Virus record (IMG/VR): IMGVR_UViG_3300016474_000357 | Location: 1 to 54,094 of that record | From: a virus | Taxonomy: Duplodnaviria > Caudoviricetes | Strand: one strand, 5' to 3' | Length of the DNA: 54,094 nucleotides | Part shown: positions 28,088-40,800 of the stretch, one piece after another | How positions within the stretch are numbered: the first letter of the stretch is position 1 | Layout of the letters: the number at the start of each line of letters is the position of its first letter | Position numbers and translations under genes: made by a program | The notes under the pieces: model-generated | What the model saw: the letters and a program-made list of their open reading frames with translations, nothing else | Databases searched by the model: none | What the model was told of the DNA's origin: nothing

Positions 28088-28088
28088 A

Positions 28089-30374
28089 ATGCTAAAGACC
28101 AATTTTAAAAATTCACTGATACAGTCTTTTTATGATAAATTTTCTGCATTTTCAAATGTAAAAAATTATCTTTTTATTGGTAAAGTTACTGAGTGGGACA
28201 ACGAAACATTACCACCAGCAGCAGATGATTCCTTAAATGAGGAGTTGGAAGCACATAGAAATATGCTACTTTGCAAAACTCTAGCATCTGATGATGTTGC
28301 ATTTGTTATACGAAGAATCAATTGGGAATATGGAAAAGTTTTTGCTCAATATGATGATGCTGTAGAACTATATTCGGAAACAAATAATTATGATTTTTAT
28401 GTATACACATCAGACAAAAATGTGTATAAGTGTATTTCCAATAATAATGGTACTTCTTCTGAATATGAGCCATCTGGAACAAGCACAGATGATATAATAA
28501 CTCAAGATGGTTACATCTGGAAATATATGTATTCTGTAAGACCAGAATTGGAAGATTTCATAACAGAAGAATACATTCCGGTAGAAATTTTAGATGAGTT
28601 ATTCTACACAGATCAACGATCTTTACAATTAACAGTTCAACAAGATTCAAAGCAAAATAAAAATGGTGCAATCACCTCAATACAACTAACACAAGTGGGT
28701 GCATCATATCCATTCGCTGTGGATTATACTACATTAGATACAAATGAAACTGCACACACAGTGCAAGAAACTGTTAGCGTCGGCGGTTTTACAATAAAAC
28801 TAAATCCAATGTCAGATATTAGTAAAATCAACTATATTTACGAAAATGATTATGTTGTCTATATCAGTTCCGGCACTGGTTCTGGACAGGTTAGAAATAT
28901 AGTTGGTTATAATGGTCAATCTTGTACTGCATCTGTGGATGTTGCATTCAGTGAGCAAATAGCAGCAGGTTCTTACTATAAGATTTTACCTAGAGTTGCA
29001 ATAACAGGTGATGGTAAAAATGCAGTTGCAATTCCAGTACTAAATCCTCTAACAAAAATAGTAGAGAGTATAACAGTTCTAAATGGTGGTGAAAATTACA
29101 GAAAAGCAACTGCAGAAGTAAAATCAAAAAGAACAAATGACATAGATTTGACAAAGGTAAGAGTTGTATTGGCACCAGTAAATGGTCATGGATACTCATC
29201 TGTTGTAGAGTTGGGTTGTAGAGATTTGATGGTAAAGGCATACTTTGATAAAGAAGAAATTCAAAGTAATAATTTCTATAATGATTATAGACAAGTAGGC
29301 TTGATACAAGACATAGAATTACTAAATGAACAGCCACCAAAACAAAAATATACTCTCGATATAGAAAATATAAACGCAACAACTGCTCTGACACTGAGTG
29401 GTAACTACTCATCATTTGTAAGCATACTACAGAGCAATCCCAATCTCATAGTAAAACAGGGTTCTGACGACAATTTGAGTCAAGCACAAGGAACTTATTT
29501 AAGTTTTGATTCAACGACTCAAACTCTTGTGTTAAAAACTGTAAATGGTAAGTTTATGAATTACCCATCATCCACAGTATATCCTTTGGTAATTGAAGAT
29601 TATCCAACAACAGGAACAGACACATATTATACAGCAGTAAATGTAACAAATTCTGCTCCATTGAATTATTATGGCGATTTAACATTCAATCTAAATGATA
29701 CCATCTTGGGAGAAAATTCTAAAACAACTGGTACTGTTTTAGAATGGAAACCAACTTTCTTTGGAACTGATGGGAAATTGGTGATCACAGATGTAAATGG
29801 TTCTTTTGAAGAATCATATTACAATGATGCCGGTACATTGATAAATGGAGAAAGAATTATAGGATTTTCAAATGTCAATATGACATCTGGAATTTCCGGT
29901 TTCAACCAAAATAAAGTTGGTATTATTAAAAATATATCAAAAATGGGGTTGACTGAAGGTAAGAACAGTTATAGGGCAACCACAGTTTTAACATTGAAAT
30001 CTATAAGTAATCCAAATACTGATTTACTATCACCTTTAGATTTTTCTGAAGATGATTTTGTAAAACAACAAACATCAGGAGCAACAGGAATAGTTGTTTC
30101 TTGGAAAGTTTCAGAAGATTTGACAACTGGAACTTTAATACTAACTGGTGTAGATGGTAATTTTGATCCAACTCCAATTTCTGGACAACGAATATTAAAA
30201 CTAGTAGGTAATTCATATACATCAACCTACAAAAATTTTGATATTGGTGTCTATGATGTTTTAACTCCCGAAGTTTTAAGATATTCTGGAAAAATGTTAT
30301 ACATAGAAAATATAAGACCAGTTGTTCGTGGTGATGACCAATTAGAAGAATTTAAAATAATAATAGGACTCTGA
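28089..30374 (+). CDS. gp8: Baseplate wedge subunit (gp8-like, extended)
   Basis: YLFIGK..EW, RRINW, FYVYT..KNVYKCISNN, DGYIWKYMY, YSGKMLYIEN..P..R..DQLEEFKII motifs. Confidence 0.88.
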   Translation: MLKTNFKNSLIQSFYDKFSAFSNVKNYLFIGKVTEWDNETLPPAADDSLNEELEAHRNMLLCKTLASDDVAFVIRRINWEYGKVFAQYDDAVELYSETNNYDFYVYTSDKNVYKCISNNNGTSSEYEPSGTSTDDIITQDGYIWKYMYSVRPELEDFITEEYIPVEILDELFYTDQRSLQLTVQQDSKQNKNGAITSIQLTQVGASYPFAVDYTTLDTNETAHTVQETVSVGGFTIKLNPMSDISKINYIYENDYVVYISSGTGSGQVRNIVGYNGQSCTASVDVAFSEQIAAGSYYKILPRVAITGDGKNAVAIPVLNPLTKIVESITVLNGGENYRKATAEVKSKRTNDIDLTKVRVVLAPVNGHGYSSVVELGCRDLMVKAYFDKEEIQSNNFYNDYRQVGLIQDIELLNEQPPKQKYTLDIENINATTALTLSGNYSSFVSILQSNPNLIVKQGSDDNLSQAQGTYLSFDSTTQTLVLKTVNGKFMNYPSSTVYPLVIEDYPTTGTDTYYTAVNVTNSAPLNYYGDLTFNLNDTILGENSKTTGTVLEWKPTFFGTDGKLVITDVNGSFEESYYNDAGTLINGERIIGFSNVNMTSGISGFNQNKVGIIKNISKMGLTEGKNSYRATTVLTLKSISNPNTDLLSPLDFSEDDFVKQQTSGATGIVVSWKVSEDLTTGTLILTGVDGNFDPTPISGQRILKLVGNSYTSTYKNFDIGVYDVLTPEVLRYSGKMLYIENIRPVVRGDDQLEEFKIIIGL

Positions 30375-30383
30375 GGTAATTAA

Positions 30384-33300
30384 ATGGCATATAAACACAC
30401 AGATATACTTTCCGGTTCGCCTTATTACGACGATTTTGATGATGCAAAGAACTTCTTAAGAGTTCTTTTCAAACCGGGCTATTCTGTTCAAGCAAGAGAA
30501 CTGACTCAATTACAAACACTTCTTCAAAATCAAGTTTCAAAACTTGGTAGCCATGTATTTAAGAACGGTAGTTTGGTATATGGTGGTGTTTCAACTTTAA
30601 CCGAATGTAAGTTTCTCAGAGTTAAACAAACAGGTATAGATCATTTAGACTTAAGAGGTAAAGTAATATCTGATGCAAGTAGTAACGATCCTGCGTACAA
30701 TACAACAGCAAGTAAAGCAAAAATCATTTATACTTTATCAGAAGTTGTGGGTACAGATGAATATACAATTCTTTTCCTACAATATTTGACAGGAAATGAA
30801 TTGGATACAGCACAAAGATTGTTTATAAGCACTCAACAGCAGTCCATGACTGTAAAAACGGCAGTTATAGATCCTTTGATTCCTATTTCTGGAACATCAA
30901 GTCTTGTTTCTGTAGAAGAAGGAATTTTTTATGTAGATGGTTTCTTTGTCAATAATACAAAGCAAACAACTGCACTTTATAAATTAGACTCCACATCAGG
31001 TTATAGAGATTTTGCATCACCAACAAATAGAGTTGGTTTTTCTCTTAACAGAACAACTGTAGATGCTACAGAAGATGAAACATTAAAAGATCCAGCAAAC
31101 GGTGCATACAATTTCAATGCTCCCGGTGCTGACAGATATGTAATAGAATTGAATCTAACATCATATGTTTTTGATGACAAAGAAACAAAACCAGAAGAAT
31201 ATTCAACAGAAGATTTCATTGAACTTGCAAGAACAGTAAATGGTAAATTAGATTTTGTAAGAAGAACTCCAACATATTCAGATCTTCTTGAAATTTTTGC
31301 AAGAAGAACATATGATGAATCTGGCTCTTATACGGTAAAACCATTTGGTTTAGAAATTAAAAACCACATAAGATCAGATACTTATAAATTTGTTGCAAGA
31401 TTATATCTTGGAGATGCGACAAAACCAATTACAGATCCAGCTGTATCTGTCGGATCATTTGATTTTTCTTCATCAACATCCACCAATTTACCACCATTCA
31501 AAAATGATATTCTTAAAGTATATGATGCAAATTCATATTTAGATATTGTTGATGTTAGTGCAAATTCAAATGGTGGCTCATATGTTACTATTACTGCAAG
31601 ATTTCAACAAACAGACACAAATGAAATAGTAACACTTAGAGCAACTCCACCAACAAAATTTTATCTTTATAGAAGAGGAAATACAACTCCAGAAGGTAAT
31701 ATTTTCTTTGCAGTTGTAACTGTTGACGGCGTACCAACAGTAACTATGGATCAAGACGAAACCGGCACTTACACAATATCAGACACCCCAAGAGGATCTG
31801 AGGATAAGTTTGTATTATCAGTTCAACCTGGTAAGGCATATGTTTATGGTTATGAATTTGAAAATATTAATAATACAAATATTTCAATAGACAAACCAAG
31901 AGATACTGTTCTTTTAAATAATTATGAAGTAAATGCAAATGTAGGAAATTATTTTATTGCAACTACAACATTAGGAACTGATGGATTATACAAATTTAAT
32001 GACTATTCAACAAGTTTAAATATCAACGAATTCCCTCCTGTTAAACTAAAGGGTCAATTTGTTGAGATAAATTTGCCAAAGGTTGTGGAACAAGAAGCAG
32101 AATTGCCAGTTAAATATTGGTCACCTTTATTTGCAACTGAGCAAACAAATTATTCTAGTATTTTGTTCTTGGAACCAAATTCTGAAGCAGGTGGTTTTGC
32201 TTTACAAAAAGAACTTCCAACATCGTCTACTGTTTATGGACTTGTAAGACCAGAAGAAACAACAGATACAAGAAAGAAAACAATAGGACAGAAAGTATCC
32301 GCAACAAGTAGCATTTATTATAGTATTAACAAATCATCATTTGCTACAGAAAGTAATATTAGTAGACTAGTATTCACAGAACCATACCACGGTGATTTCA
32401 GAACAGCATACGGTCAAGACGGTAGTTCACAACTTGATGATCAGTTTAGTACAAACGAATATAGAGACACAACAAATAATTATGTTTATCAAATTGATTA
32501 TAAGAATATTAAAAATGCAATTCCAGATGAACCAACATCTGCAGAGTTATTAAACTATATTACCGTAAAGAAAGCTGAAACAAGAAGATGGGTTCCTGCT
32601 GGTTCTTCTGGTGTAACAAGTGGAAGTACTTTATACATCAAGCAGGGATCTGGAAATATAGTATTCGGTTCAGGTGCAACTAGAGGATTTTCTTTGCCCG
32701 GATCAAATATTGCTGATGGTATTGGTGAGGAATCTGGTGTTGTATTTAATCCAGAAGTTGGTAGTGATATTTCTTATGGTAGTAGTATTGAAACAGTACA
32801 AATTCAAAATAATATCGTCCAAGTAACTTTAACCAAGTCAACATCTACTGTAGAATGTGCTCAAACAACAAATCCGGATGGAACACCAGTTACTACTGAT
32901 GGTTTTGGTAAATATAGAATTGGTGATGTCGTAACTCAAGTTTATGATATAGTTGGCGGTAGTACAAGAGAAGCAACAGGAACTGTTATAGCCGTTAGTG
33001 AAAGTGATACGGTTGGTAATTATAAAATATATATCGAAATGAAGGGTAGTGATGATTTTATAACAAATGTAAATCCAAATCCTTCATTATATACGAATGT
33101 TGGTTTGTTGTATGCTCCATGTGCTTGCTATAAGATAAAATCAGTAGTTGTTCTAGACAACTCAACCTGTGGTGAATTTACAACTATTAAGTTTACAGAA
33201 TCAGCAACTTATGGTGAATTTACTGCAGGAAACAGAGTATTCCAATTTGATATAAACAGTTTACCAATCGACAGTTTACCATCACCAACAAACTTTGTTT

Positions 33301-36300
33301 CATCAAAGTGTGTTGCTAAGGGAACTGTTGTATCTTGGGATGCAAACACAAGAACATTGATTGTTCTTCAAGAGAAGAATAAATTTAATAAAGAATCTGG
33401 TTGGGTATTTGAAATAGGTACAGGTGTTCATTATGGTGGTAGAGGTTGGGATTTAGGAAAGCACAATGAAGTAACTGTATCCTCATTTGATGAAATAGAA
33501 AAAGCATCAGGTATATTTGTCCATGTTTCAGACACATATGTTAGTGGAAAAGATTTTAATGAAAACAATACATATGGTTCTTCAAAACAGATAGTAATAT
33601 CATCAGAACAGAATTATAAGAAGGGTAAAGAAGCCAGAATTGGTGATATTATCACCCAAAGAAATTCTGGAATAACAAGTGAAGGAAAGGTTGTATTCTT
33701 CAAAGCAGGGGATGTTGATAATCCTGCAGCAACTGAAGACGAAAGCACAACTACATTTGTTCTTACACCAAATACCGTAAATGGTGTTTCGATGCCATTC
33801 TCTTTCAATATAGGTTCAACCACATCAAGTCCAATTTCAATTAAAGGAAGATCTCCTGCAGTAACATATGCTGTTGATAGTACTAAAGTTCCAACTGGTG
33901 GTCTTGTATCAACAACTGTAACAGGAACTGCAAAACTAAGACAATTACACAGAATTTCTGAACAAAAATATAGTGTACATTTATTTGATGTTATCATGTC
34001 AAATATAGGATCAACAACTTCAAAATATCCTATAAATGCAACAACAAATATTGCAGACTCTGATGGTAATGACCTATTTACAATAGAAACAACAAATAGT
34101 GTAGCAACAATATATTCACCACAACAAAATACATTACTATTTGATCTACCTGTTGGTGATATTATTCAAAATATAAGTGATTTTAAATATAGAATTCAAA
34201 GAGATATAAATGTAGTAATTGATACTGCTAGTACAACTAAACTAATAGAGCCAGGATTACCAGCAAATGTAAGATTTATTGGTGGTGCATCTGGTACTGG
34301 TGAAGAAACTGGTAAAGTTGATATGGCAGATCTTTTAGAGCATTATATCTTTATCAATACTGATAATGGAAAAATATACAATCTATCAGATACAAAATAC
34401 TTTGATAAAGTTATTACAAATAATACAAGTGAAGGATCATCTTCTACACTCACATTGTTTATGAAGCAATTTGGTGGTAATAGACTTTTACCAGACGGAA
34501 ATTATAGATTGATTGTAACAATGTCAGTTGGAGGTTCAACTCAAAGTAGTATTGGAATACGAAGCAAGGTAAAGAAGAGAGCAACTAAATTACTAACCTT
34601 CAATTCAAGCGGTGTATTGACTATTCCTCAAGCAGATATAATCTCTGTTGATTATATGACTACAACCACTGGACAAATTTACAATTTAACATACTTTGTA
34701 TTTAATAATGGTCAAACAGATAATATCTATGATCATGGTACATTGAAATTAAAGACAGAAAACACTGGCATTTATGCACTACAAAATGAACAAGTATTCA
34801 TTACATACACATACTTCGAACACCAAGGAAATGGACCAATTGTTGTAAATTCATATGAATCGCATATGGATATACCAGAATATATCAGTCCTTCTACAAA
34901 TGAGAAGTATAAGTTAGATACTGTAATAGATTTTAGACCTTATAAGGATTCATCTGGTGCATTACAAGGCATCTACGGAATACCAGTTATAACAGAATCA
35001 TTTACTGTCGATTATTCATATTATCAGGCTAAGAATTATAAGTTAGTCCTAACAAGAGATAGAAAATTTAAAGTAATTTCCAGTCCATCATCTCTAACAC
35101 CAATTATACCACCAGATGAACCAAATTCAATGACTCTTTACACAGTAGAGTCTCCTGCATATTTGACAAATGTTGGCGATTTGAAGATTACTCCATACAA
35201 TCATCAACGATATACAATGAGTGATATCAGGGATTTGGAGAGAAGAATTGGTGAACTGGAGCATACAACCAGAATGAATCTTTTGGAAAAGAGTGCAAAG
35301 GAACAAAGCATTCCAGATCCAACAACTGGTGAGGAACTAGTAAAAACTTCAATCCTAGTTGATGGGTTCTCGGGTCACGGAATAGGTGATACTCTAAATG
35401 AAGATTATAACTGTTCAATTGATGCTGCAAATAATCTTTTAAGACCACCATTCAAGACAACTGTTATTGATTTTGATATAAGCACATCAAGCAGTACAAA
35501 TATTAATCTAAATAATACAACAGGTTTGGTAACTCTAAACTATACAGAAACACCATTCATAATTCAACCACTATCAAGTACATTAACTACAGTAAATGCA
35601 TTTGCTGACACTGTTTGGAATGGAAAGATGACAATCTCTCCATCAAGTGATTCTTGGTTTGATGATACTAAGACACCACAAGTTTTATCAAATCAAGAGG
35701 GAGAAAATGATTCCTATATCAACATTAAACCAAATGCAAAAAATAATAATACAGGTGCATTTGGTACAGCATATGATGTTTGGAGAACAATTTGGCAAGG
35801 ATTACCAAGAACAAAGAATTCAATCTACATTGGTGATTTCAATGCAAGAGTAAATAGAACATTATCAAGTCTTTCTAGAGGAAAATTAATATTCCCCGCT
35901 CCTCTTCCAAAGGTGGAAGTACCAAAACCAACTAAGGTAAATGTTGGCGAAAAGGTAGTTGATAAAGATATCATTCCTTTCATGAGAGCAAATACAATTA
36001 CTGTAACTGTTAATGGTTTAAAACCAAAAACACTTGTATATCCTTATTTCGATGGAATCAGAATAGATTCTTATTGCAAGAAGGGTGATAATGATTATGT
36101 AAACGGTTCTAATAATAAGACAGATTCTACTGGATCTACAACATTCACTTTCAATCTACCAGCAGGAAAATTCAAGGTTGGTGAAAAATTACTCACAATT
36201 ATGGATAACCAATCTGGTAATAGAGAGGCAGCACAAACTATTGCAGAAACAAAATATGTAACTGTGGGTGCAAATACAAATACAAATGAGTATTTCATCA

Positions 36301-37583
36301 ATACAAGACCAGCAATAGTTGACACTCTAAATAAACCAAAAACACTATTAGCACAAACATTCTTTGTAGATGGGAATGCATATCCACAGGGTGTATATGT
36401 TAAGAGTGTAGAATTGTTCTTCAGATCAATAGACACACAAAATGTACCAGTCACATTAGAAATAAGACCAGTTGTATCTGGATATCCATTAATCGGTGAA
36501 GGTTCATATGCATATCCATATGCTTCAAAGACTATAGTTCCACCAACAACTGCAGTAATTAATGAAGGTGTAACACCAACACCGGGTGCAAAAGATGGTT
36601 CAGTTGCATCAAATGGTACTAAGTTTACCTTTGATGCTCCAATTCACTTGTTACCAGGTGAACATGCACTTGTCTTAAATTCAAATAGTTCAGAATATTC
36701 AGTTTATTCTGCTGAAATTGGTGAAGTCCAAATCAATACTGGTATTCCAATCTCAGAACAACCATATTCTGGTAAAATGTATAAGACAAACAACAATTCA
36801 ATTTGGACAGAAATCCAAGCAACCGATTTGATGTTTGTAATCAATAGATGTGATTTCGAAACTGATGGTATGTTAGTACTAACAGATCCAAATACACGGC
36901 AAAACAAGGATAACTATTCAGTTGCAAACATTAATATGTCATATGTTGATTTAAACAATATGATAGATTCAATAACACTAGAAACATTGAATGAAAATGC
37001 TGCAACCAGAGTTGCAACAACAATCAAACCAAATACAAATATTAATTTTGGTGTAAATAAGAAGGTTTTGTATAATGGCAATTCTGTCAAATTATCTCTA
37101 GATTTATCGTCAGATGGTATCATAACGCCAGTAATCGATGCAGAGAAGATTAATATGATTTGTGTTAGAAATATGATTACAACACAGTCAATAACAAGTC
37201 AAGAATTGATGCCTGTTGCTTCTTCTGCTAAGGCTCGTTATATAACCAAGACTATAACACTAGAGCCAGGATTAGAGGCTACAAATTGCTCAGTATTCAT
37301 GAAACTTTATAAACCACAGGGAACTGCTGTAGATGTCTATGTCAAGAGACAAAAACAAGGCACAGACATGGCATTTGCAGAGGAATATTATGAAGCAATG
37401 GCTCCTGATTATGAAAACTTCGTATCCTCTAGTGAAGATGACTTTAGAGAAGTAAAATACACATTATCTGCAGATCAAGTTGGTGAAGAATTCTCTAAAT
37501 TTAGTATCAAAGTAGTGCTATATAGCACTGACGAAGCAATTGTACCAATCGCTAAAGAACTAAGGATTATTTCTACAACATGA
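30384..37583 (+). CDS. Large virion structural protein, DUF4815 / VrlC-like
   Basis: PYYDDFD..KNF.RVLFKPG..VQARELTQLQ, APGADRY, ARRTYDESGSY, PGKAYV.GYE, RYTM.DI..LE.RI and LAQTF motifs; follows gp8. Confidence 0.85.
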   Translation: MAYKHTDILSGSPYYDDFDDAKNFLRVLFKPGYSVQARELTQLQTLLQNQVSKLGSHVFKNGSLVYGGVSTLTECKFLRVKQTGIDHLDLRGKVISDASSNDPAYNTTASKAKIIYTLSEVVGTDEYTILFLQYLTGNELDTAQRLFISTQQQSMTVKTAVIDPLIPISGTSSLVSVEEGIFYVDGFFVNNTKQTTALYKLDSTSGYRDFASPTNRVGFSLNRTTVDATEDETLKDPANGAYNFNAPGADRYVIELNLTSYVFDDKETKPEEYSTEDFIELARTVNGKLDFVRRTPTYSDLLEIFARRTYDESGSYTVKPFGLEIKNHIRSDTYKFVARLYLGDATKPITDPAVSVGSFDFSSSTSTNLPPFKNDILKVYDANSYLDIVDVSANSNGGSYVTITARFQQTDTNEIVTLRATPPTKFYLYRRGNTTPEGNIFFAVVTVDGVPTVTMDQDETGTYTISDTPRGSEDKFVLSVQPGKAYVYGYEFENINNTNISIDKPRDTVLLNNYEVNANVGNYFIATTTLGTDGLYKFNDYSTSLNINEFPPVKLKGQFVEINLPKVVEQEAELPVKYWSPLFATEQTNYSSILFLEPNSEAGGFALQKELPTSSTVYGLVRPEETTDTRKKTIGQKVSATSSIYYSINKSSFATESNISRLVFTEPYHGDFRTAYGQDGSSQLDDQFSTNEYRDTTNNYVYQIDYKNIKNAIPDEPTSAELLNYITVKKAETRRWVPAGSSGVTSGSTLYIKQGSGNIVFGSGATRGFSLPGSNIADGIGEESGVVFNPEVGSDISYGSSIETVQIQNNIVQVTLTKSTSTVECAQTTNPDGTPVTTDGFGKYRIGDVVTQVYDIVGGSTREATGTVIAVSESDTVGNYKIYIEMKGSDDFITNVNPNPSLYTNVGLLYAPCACYKIKSVVVLDNSTCGEFTTIKFTESATYGEFTAGNRVFQFDINSLPIDSLPSPTNFVSSKCVAKGTVVSWDANTRTLIVLQEKNKFNKESGWVFEIGTGVHYGGRGWDLGKHNEVTVSSFDEIEKASGIFVHVSDTYVSGKDFNENNTYGSSKQIVISSEQNYKKGKEARIGDIITQRNSGITSEGKVVFFKAGDVDNPAATEDESTTTFVLTPNTVNGVSMPFSFNIGSTTSSPISIKGRSPAVTYAVDSTKVPTGGLVSTTVTGTAKLRQLHRISEQKYSVHLFDVIMSNIGSTTSKYPINATTNIADSDGNDLFTIETTNSVATIYSPQQNTLLFDLPVGDIIQNISDFKYRIQRDINVVIDTASTTKLIEPGLPANVRFIGGASGTGEETGKVDMADLLEHYIFINTDNGKIYNLSDTKYFDKVITNNTSEGSSSTLTLFMKQFGGNRLLPDGNYRLIVTMSVGGSTQSSIGIRSKVKKRATKLLTFNSSGVLTIPQADIISVDYMTTTTGQIYNLTYFVFNNGQTDNIYDHGTLKLKTENTGIYALQNEQVFITYTYFEHQGNGPIVVNSYESHMDIPEYISPSTNEKYKLDTVIDFRPYKDSSGALQGIYGIPVITESFTVDYSYYQAKNYKLVLTRDRKFKVISSPSSLTPIIPPDEPNSMTLYTVESPAYLTNVGDLKITPYNHQRYTMSDIRDLERRIGELEHTTRMNLLEKSAKEQSIPDPTTGEELVKTSILVDGFSGHGIGDTLNEDYNCSIDAANNLLRPPFKTTVIDFDISTSSSTNINLNNTTGLVTLNYTETPFIIQPLSSTLTTVNAFADTVWNGKMTISPSSDSWFDDTKTPQVLSNQEGENDSYINIKPNAKNNNTGAFGTAYDVWRTIWQGLPRTKNSIYIGDFNARVNRTLSSLSRGKLIFPAPLPKVEVPKPTKVNVGEKVVDKDIIPFMRANTITVTVNGLKPKTLVYPYFDGIRIDSYCKKGDNDYVNGSNNKTDSTGSTTFTFNLPAGKFKVGEKLLTIMDNQSGNREAAQTIAETKYVTVGANTNTNEYFINTRPAIVDTLNKPKTLLAQTFFVDGNAYPQGVYVKSVELFFRSIDTQNVPVTLEIRPVVSGYPLIGEGSYAYPYASKTIVPPTTAVINEGVTPTPGAKDGSVASNGTKFTFDAPIHLLPGEHALVLNSNSSEYSVYSAEIGEVQINTGIPISEQPYSGKMYKTNNNSIWTEIQATDLMFVINRCDFETDGMLVLTDPNTRQNKDNYSVANINMSYVDLNNMIDSITLETLNENAATRVATTIKPNTNINFGVNKKVLYNGNSVKLSLDLSSDGIITPVIDAEKINMICVRNMITTQSITSQELMPVASSAKARYITKTITLEPGLEATNCSVFMKLYKPQGTAVDVYVKRQKQGTDMAFAEEYYEAMAPDYENFVSSSEDDFREVKYTLSADQVGEEFSKFSIKVVLYSTDEAIVPIAKELRIISTT

Positions 37584-37801
37584 GTGAAAAAATAAGAGTT
37601 GAAGGTCACCCCAATTTATGTCGTGATAAATATTCAAGAGCACTTCTGAATACTAATGTAAATGAAGTTATTGTTGCTAAGAATAAACGAAAAGAAAGAG
37701 AAAGATTAAGTAATCTGGAAGAAACAGTAGGATCTTTAAAACAAGATATAACCGATTTGAAGGATTTAATAAACAATCTAATACGGGAAATTAAGAAATG
37801 A
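37580..37801 (+). CDS. Conserved small coiled-coil protein of T4-like phages
   Basis: VEGHPNL.RD..S.AL.N followed by heptads; typically follows the DUF4815 gene. Confidence 0.65.
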   Translation: MSEKIRVEGHPNLCRDKYSRALLNTNVNEVIVAKNKRKERERLSNLEETVGSLKQDITDLKDLINNLIREIKK

Positions 37802-40800
37802 GTAATACAGACGGAAGCGATCTAGTACAAGATATTACAAAATTAGCATTAAGTGATAATTTTTATAATTGGTTTACTACAACAAACCAAATTATCGATG
37901 CTATCAATCCTTTAAATATTTACGATATTACTCCAAGAAAAGGTCTTAATGAAACCCGTTCAGGTGGAAATGTCATTCTTGATGTCGAGACTGGTAAAGG
38001 TCTTAAAGCATATCCAAACGATGCAATTGGTGCTCTAACTCTTGACATTGAAAATCTTACTTCAGAATCTTCAGTTTCAAACCTTGATTATTATGTAATC
38101 GAAAAAGCAGGAACAAACCCAAGTAATGATCTATTCAAAGTTCTCGCTTCAGATATATTACCTCCAACACTATCTGGTAATCACGAGTTTACAGGAACAA
38201 TTACTGTAAATGCTCTAAATGTAAGAGATAATGCACTCAGACTCCAATATGAAGATGCAACTACAGATAATGATGCTGGTATCATATTAGATACTACCAC
38301 AAGTTCAAAAGTAAAATTTACATATAATACAACAAAATCTGCTTGGTTTTCAAATAAAAATATAGGTCTTCAAGATGGTTATGCCTTCTTAACAAATGGA
38401 ACTGGTAGAAGAGCAGAATTTAAGTATACAACAAGTGGTTCAACTCAATATGATGTTGCTCTTGAAATGTTCATGGGTGTAGATAGCACAAATAACGATG
38501 ACAAATCTTGGATTATCGAGGCAAGAAATGTCGATAAAGCATTAAATTTCATATACAAAGATTATACAAACACCGACACAGAAACAAGAATTTTTTATGC
38601 AACTGTAGAGACAACCAACCCAGTTACAAGTACATTTGTTATAACAGATAAGATTCAAATTGGTAATGTTTTGGGTTCAACTACAAATTTCAAAACAGTA
38701 ACCGATTATTCAACAAGCATAATTCCTATCAGCAATTCAAATGGTATATTGGATTCTAAGTGGACTAATCGTTATGTAACTACAACCTATTCTGCTGGAT
38801 TGGAAGTTGGTAATGTAGTTAAGATATTTAATGATACAAACAATCAAGCAACTATAGTTAAATGTGCTCTGACATCATCTTCAGCAGAAGACGAAGCATA
38901 TTCAATTGGTATAGTTGAAAGAATAAGCGGTGGTAAAGTATGGGTAGTAACTCATGGAGATTTTACATTAAGCAATGTTCCTGGGTCATATCCAAATCTA
39001 GATCCCGGAGCCGTTTACTATTTAACAAACGGTTCACCAAATTATACACTAACAAAACCAACTAGCGGTATTGTAAAACCAGTATTTGTCGCTACAAGCA
39101 CAACTGGTGGTGTTTTCTTCCCAATGAGTGCTCAGGGATTATCGTTTGGAAAAATTGGTGTTGTAAATGCTGCTGGTGGTACAGTTATAACCACAACGGG
39201 TACAACAGTAACATCAGATTCTCCAAATGATACATTTACTCTTGATGCTGGTTCTGGTATTTCATTAGAAACAGATACCTCAAATAACAAGGTAATCATT
39301 CGTGCAGCCACTGCTGGAAATCAACCAACATATTCTACAATTTCCACAGACAGTGGAAGTGTTTCTGCATATCATCCGAGTGAATCTTTATTATTAACAG
39401 GTGGTTCTGGTGGTATTGAAGTTGTTGCTGATAATAAAGTAGATACAAATGGTGACACAATTACAATCAAGGGTAAGTATTTTAGAACAGTTTCTTGGAT
39501 CGGTGATAGTAGTACAAACGATATTCCTGGTACTAAAACTGCAACTTATGATGACAATCTTCAAATTTATGCAGGAACTGGTATATCAATTAGAGAGTAT
39601 CTTGGATCTGGTGGTGGTATAAAAATAGAAGCAACTGGACAATCGGTAGCAAGTATTGCAAATGGTAGCATATCATTAGCAAAACTTGATTCATTCACAC
39701 CAAATTCTGTTTTGATTGGAAATTCAAGTGGAACACCAACTTTACAAGCTACAACTAATAATTCAATTTTAAGTGCAAATTCCTCTGGTGTTATTTCTTG
39801 GGATACTCCACTTACAACAATACAAACTAAATTTGCTAAAACTGGATTTGATATTGGTTATCCAACAGCAAAGCAAAATAATTATGGCATAACTCCTACT
39901 AGAAATTTTGGTATAGTAAGAATACCAAGAAATGCTTCAACTATAGGCACAACACAAGATTACGAGATACCAGCATTTAGATACACAACAACAAATTCTA
40001 TAAATGGTGCTTTGATTGGTCTTCAAGAAGGTGATGGTATTGAATTAGCAGTAAATAATACTGTTGCAGATGCAATATCTGGTATTCCATCTATAAAAAT
40101 AACAAACAAATATGGTTCAGCATTTAGTAAAGTTTATATTGCTGATACAGGTGAAACAATAGAATCAAATGGCACAGCAACAGTAACATATAGTAACTAT
40201 TTCTTAGACAGTAATAATATGTCAACCACAAATTGGTTACGATTCAGAGATAATGTTGCTGCAGATAGTGCTACTGGTTCTGCAACATCGGATCTTCCGG
40301 GTAAACAAACAGGAAGTACTATTGTATTTACAGATGGAATAATAACTTCAACTGACGGAGCAATAATAACTTTCGTAAATAATCCATTATTAACTAGTAA
40401 TTTAAATAATGGTATTTTTGCAAATTTGCGTAAACCTGGCACAAGTACTTTGTGGAATGCAACAGAAACAGAAGGAAAATATTTTACAATTTCCGTATAT
40501 GTTGCAACTTCATCTGGTACACAATCATTTAAAATTGGTTATTATCATGGTAGAAAAGCAGGATTTTCCGGTGCAGCAGGCATAACATATTCACCAGATT
40601 TTACAGCAACTACAACACCACAAAGATTTACCTTCACAGTTAAAGCACAACCATCAACAACTGTACAAGCCGGTACAACAGAAATTCAACCAAATATTAA
40701 TATTTCACAACCATTTGGCACGATCAATGGTGGTAGTATAGTTGTTTGGGGTGCTCAGGTAGAAGAAGGAAGAACTGCAAATCCTTTAATTACAACAACT

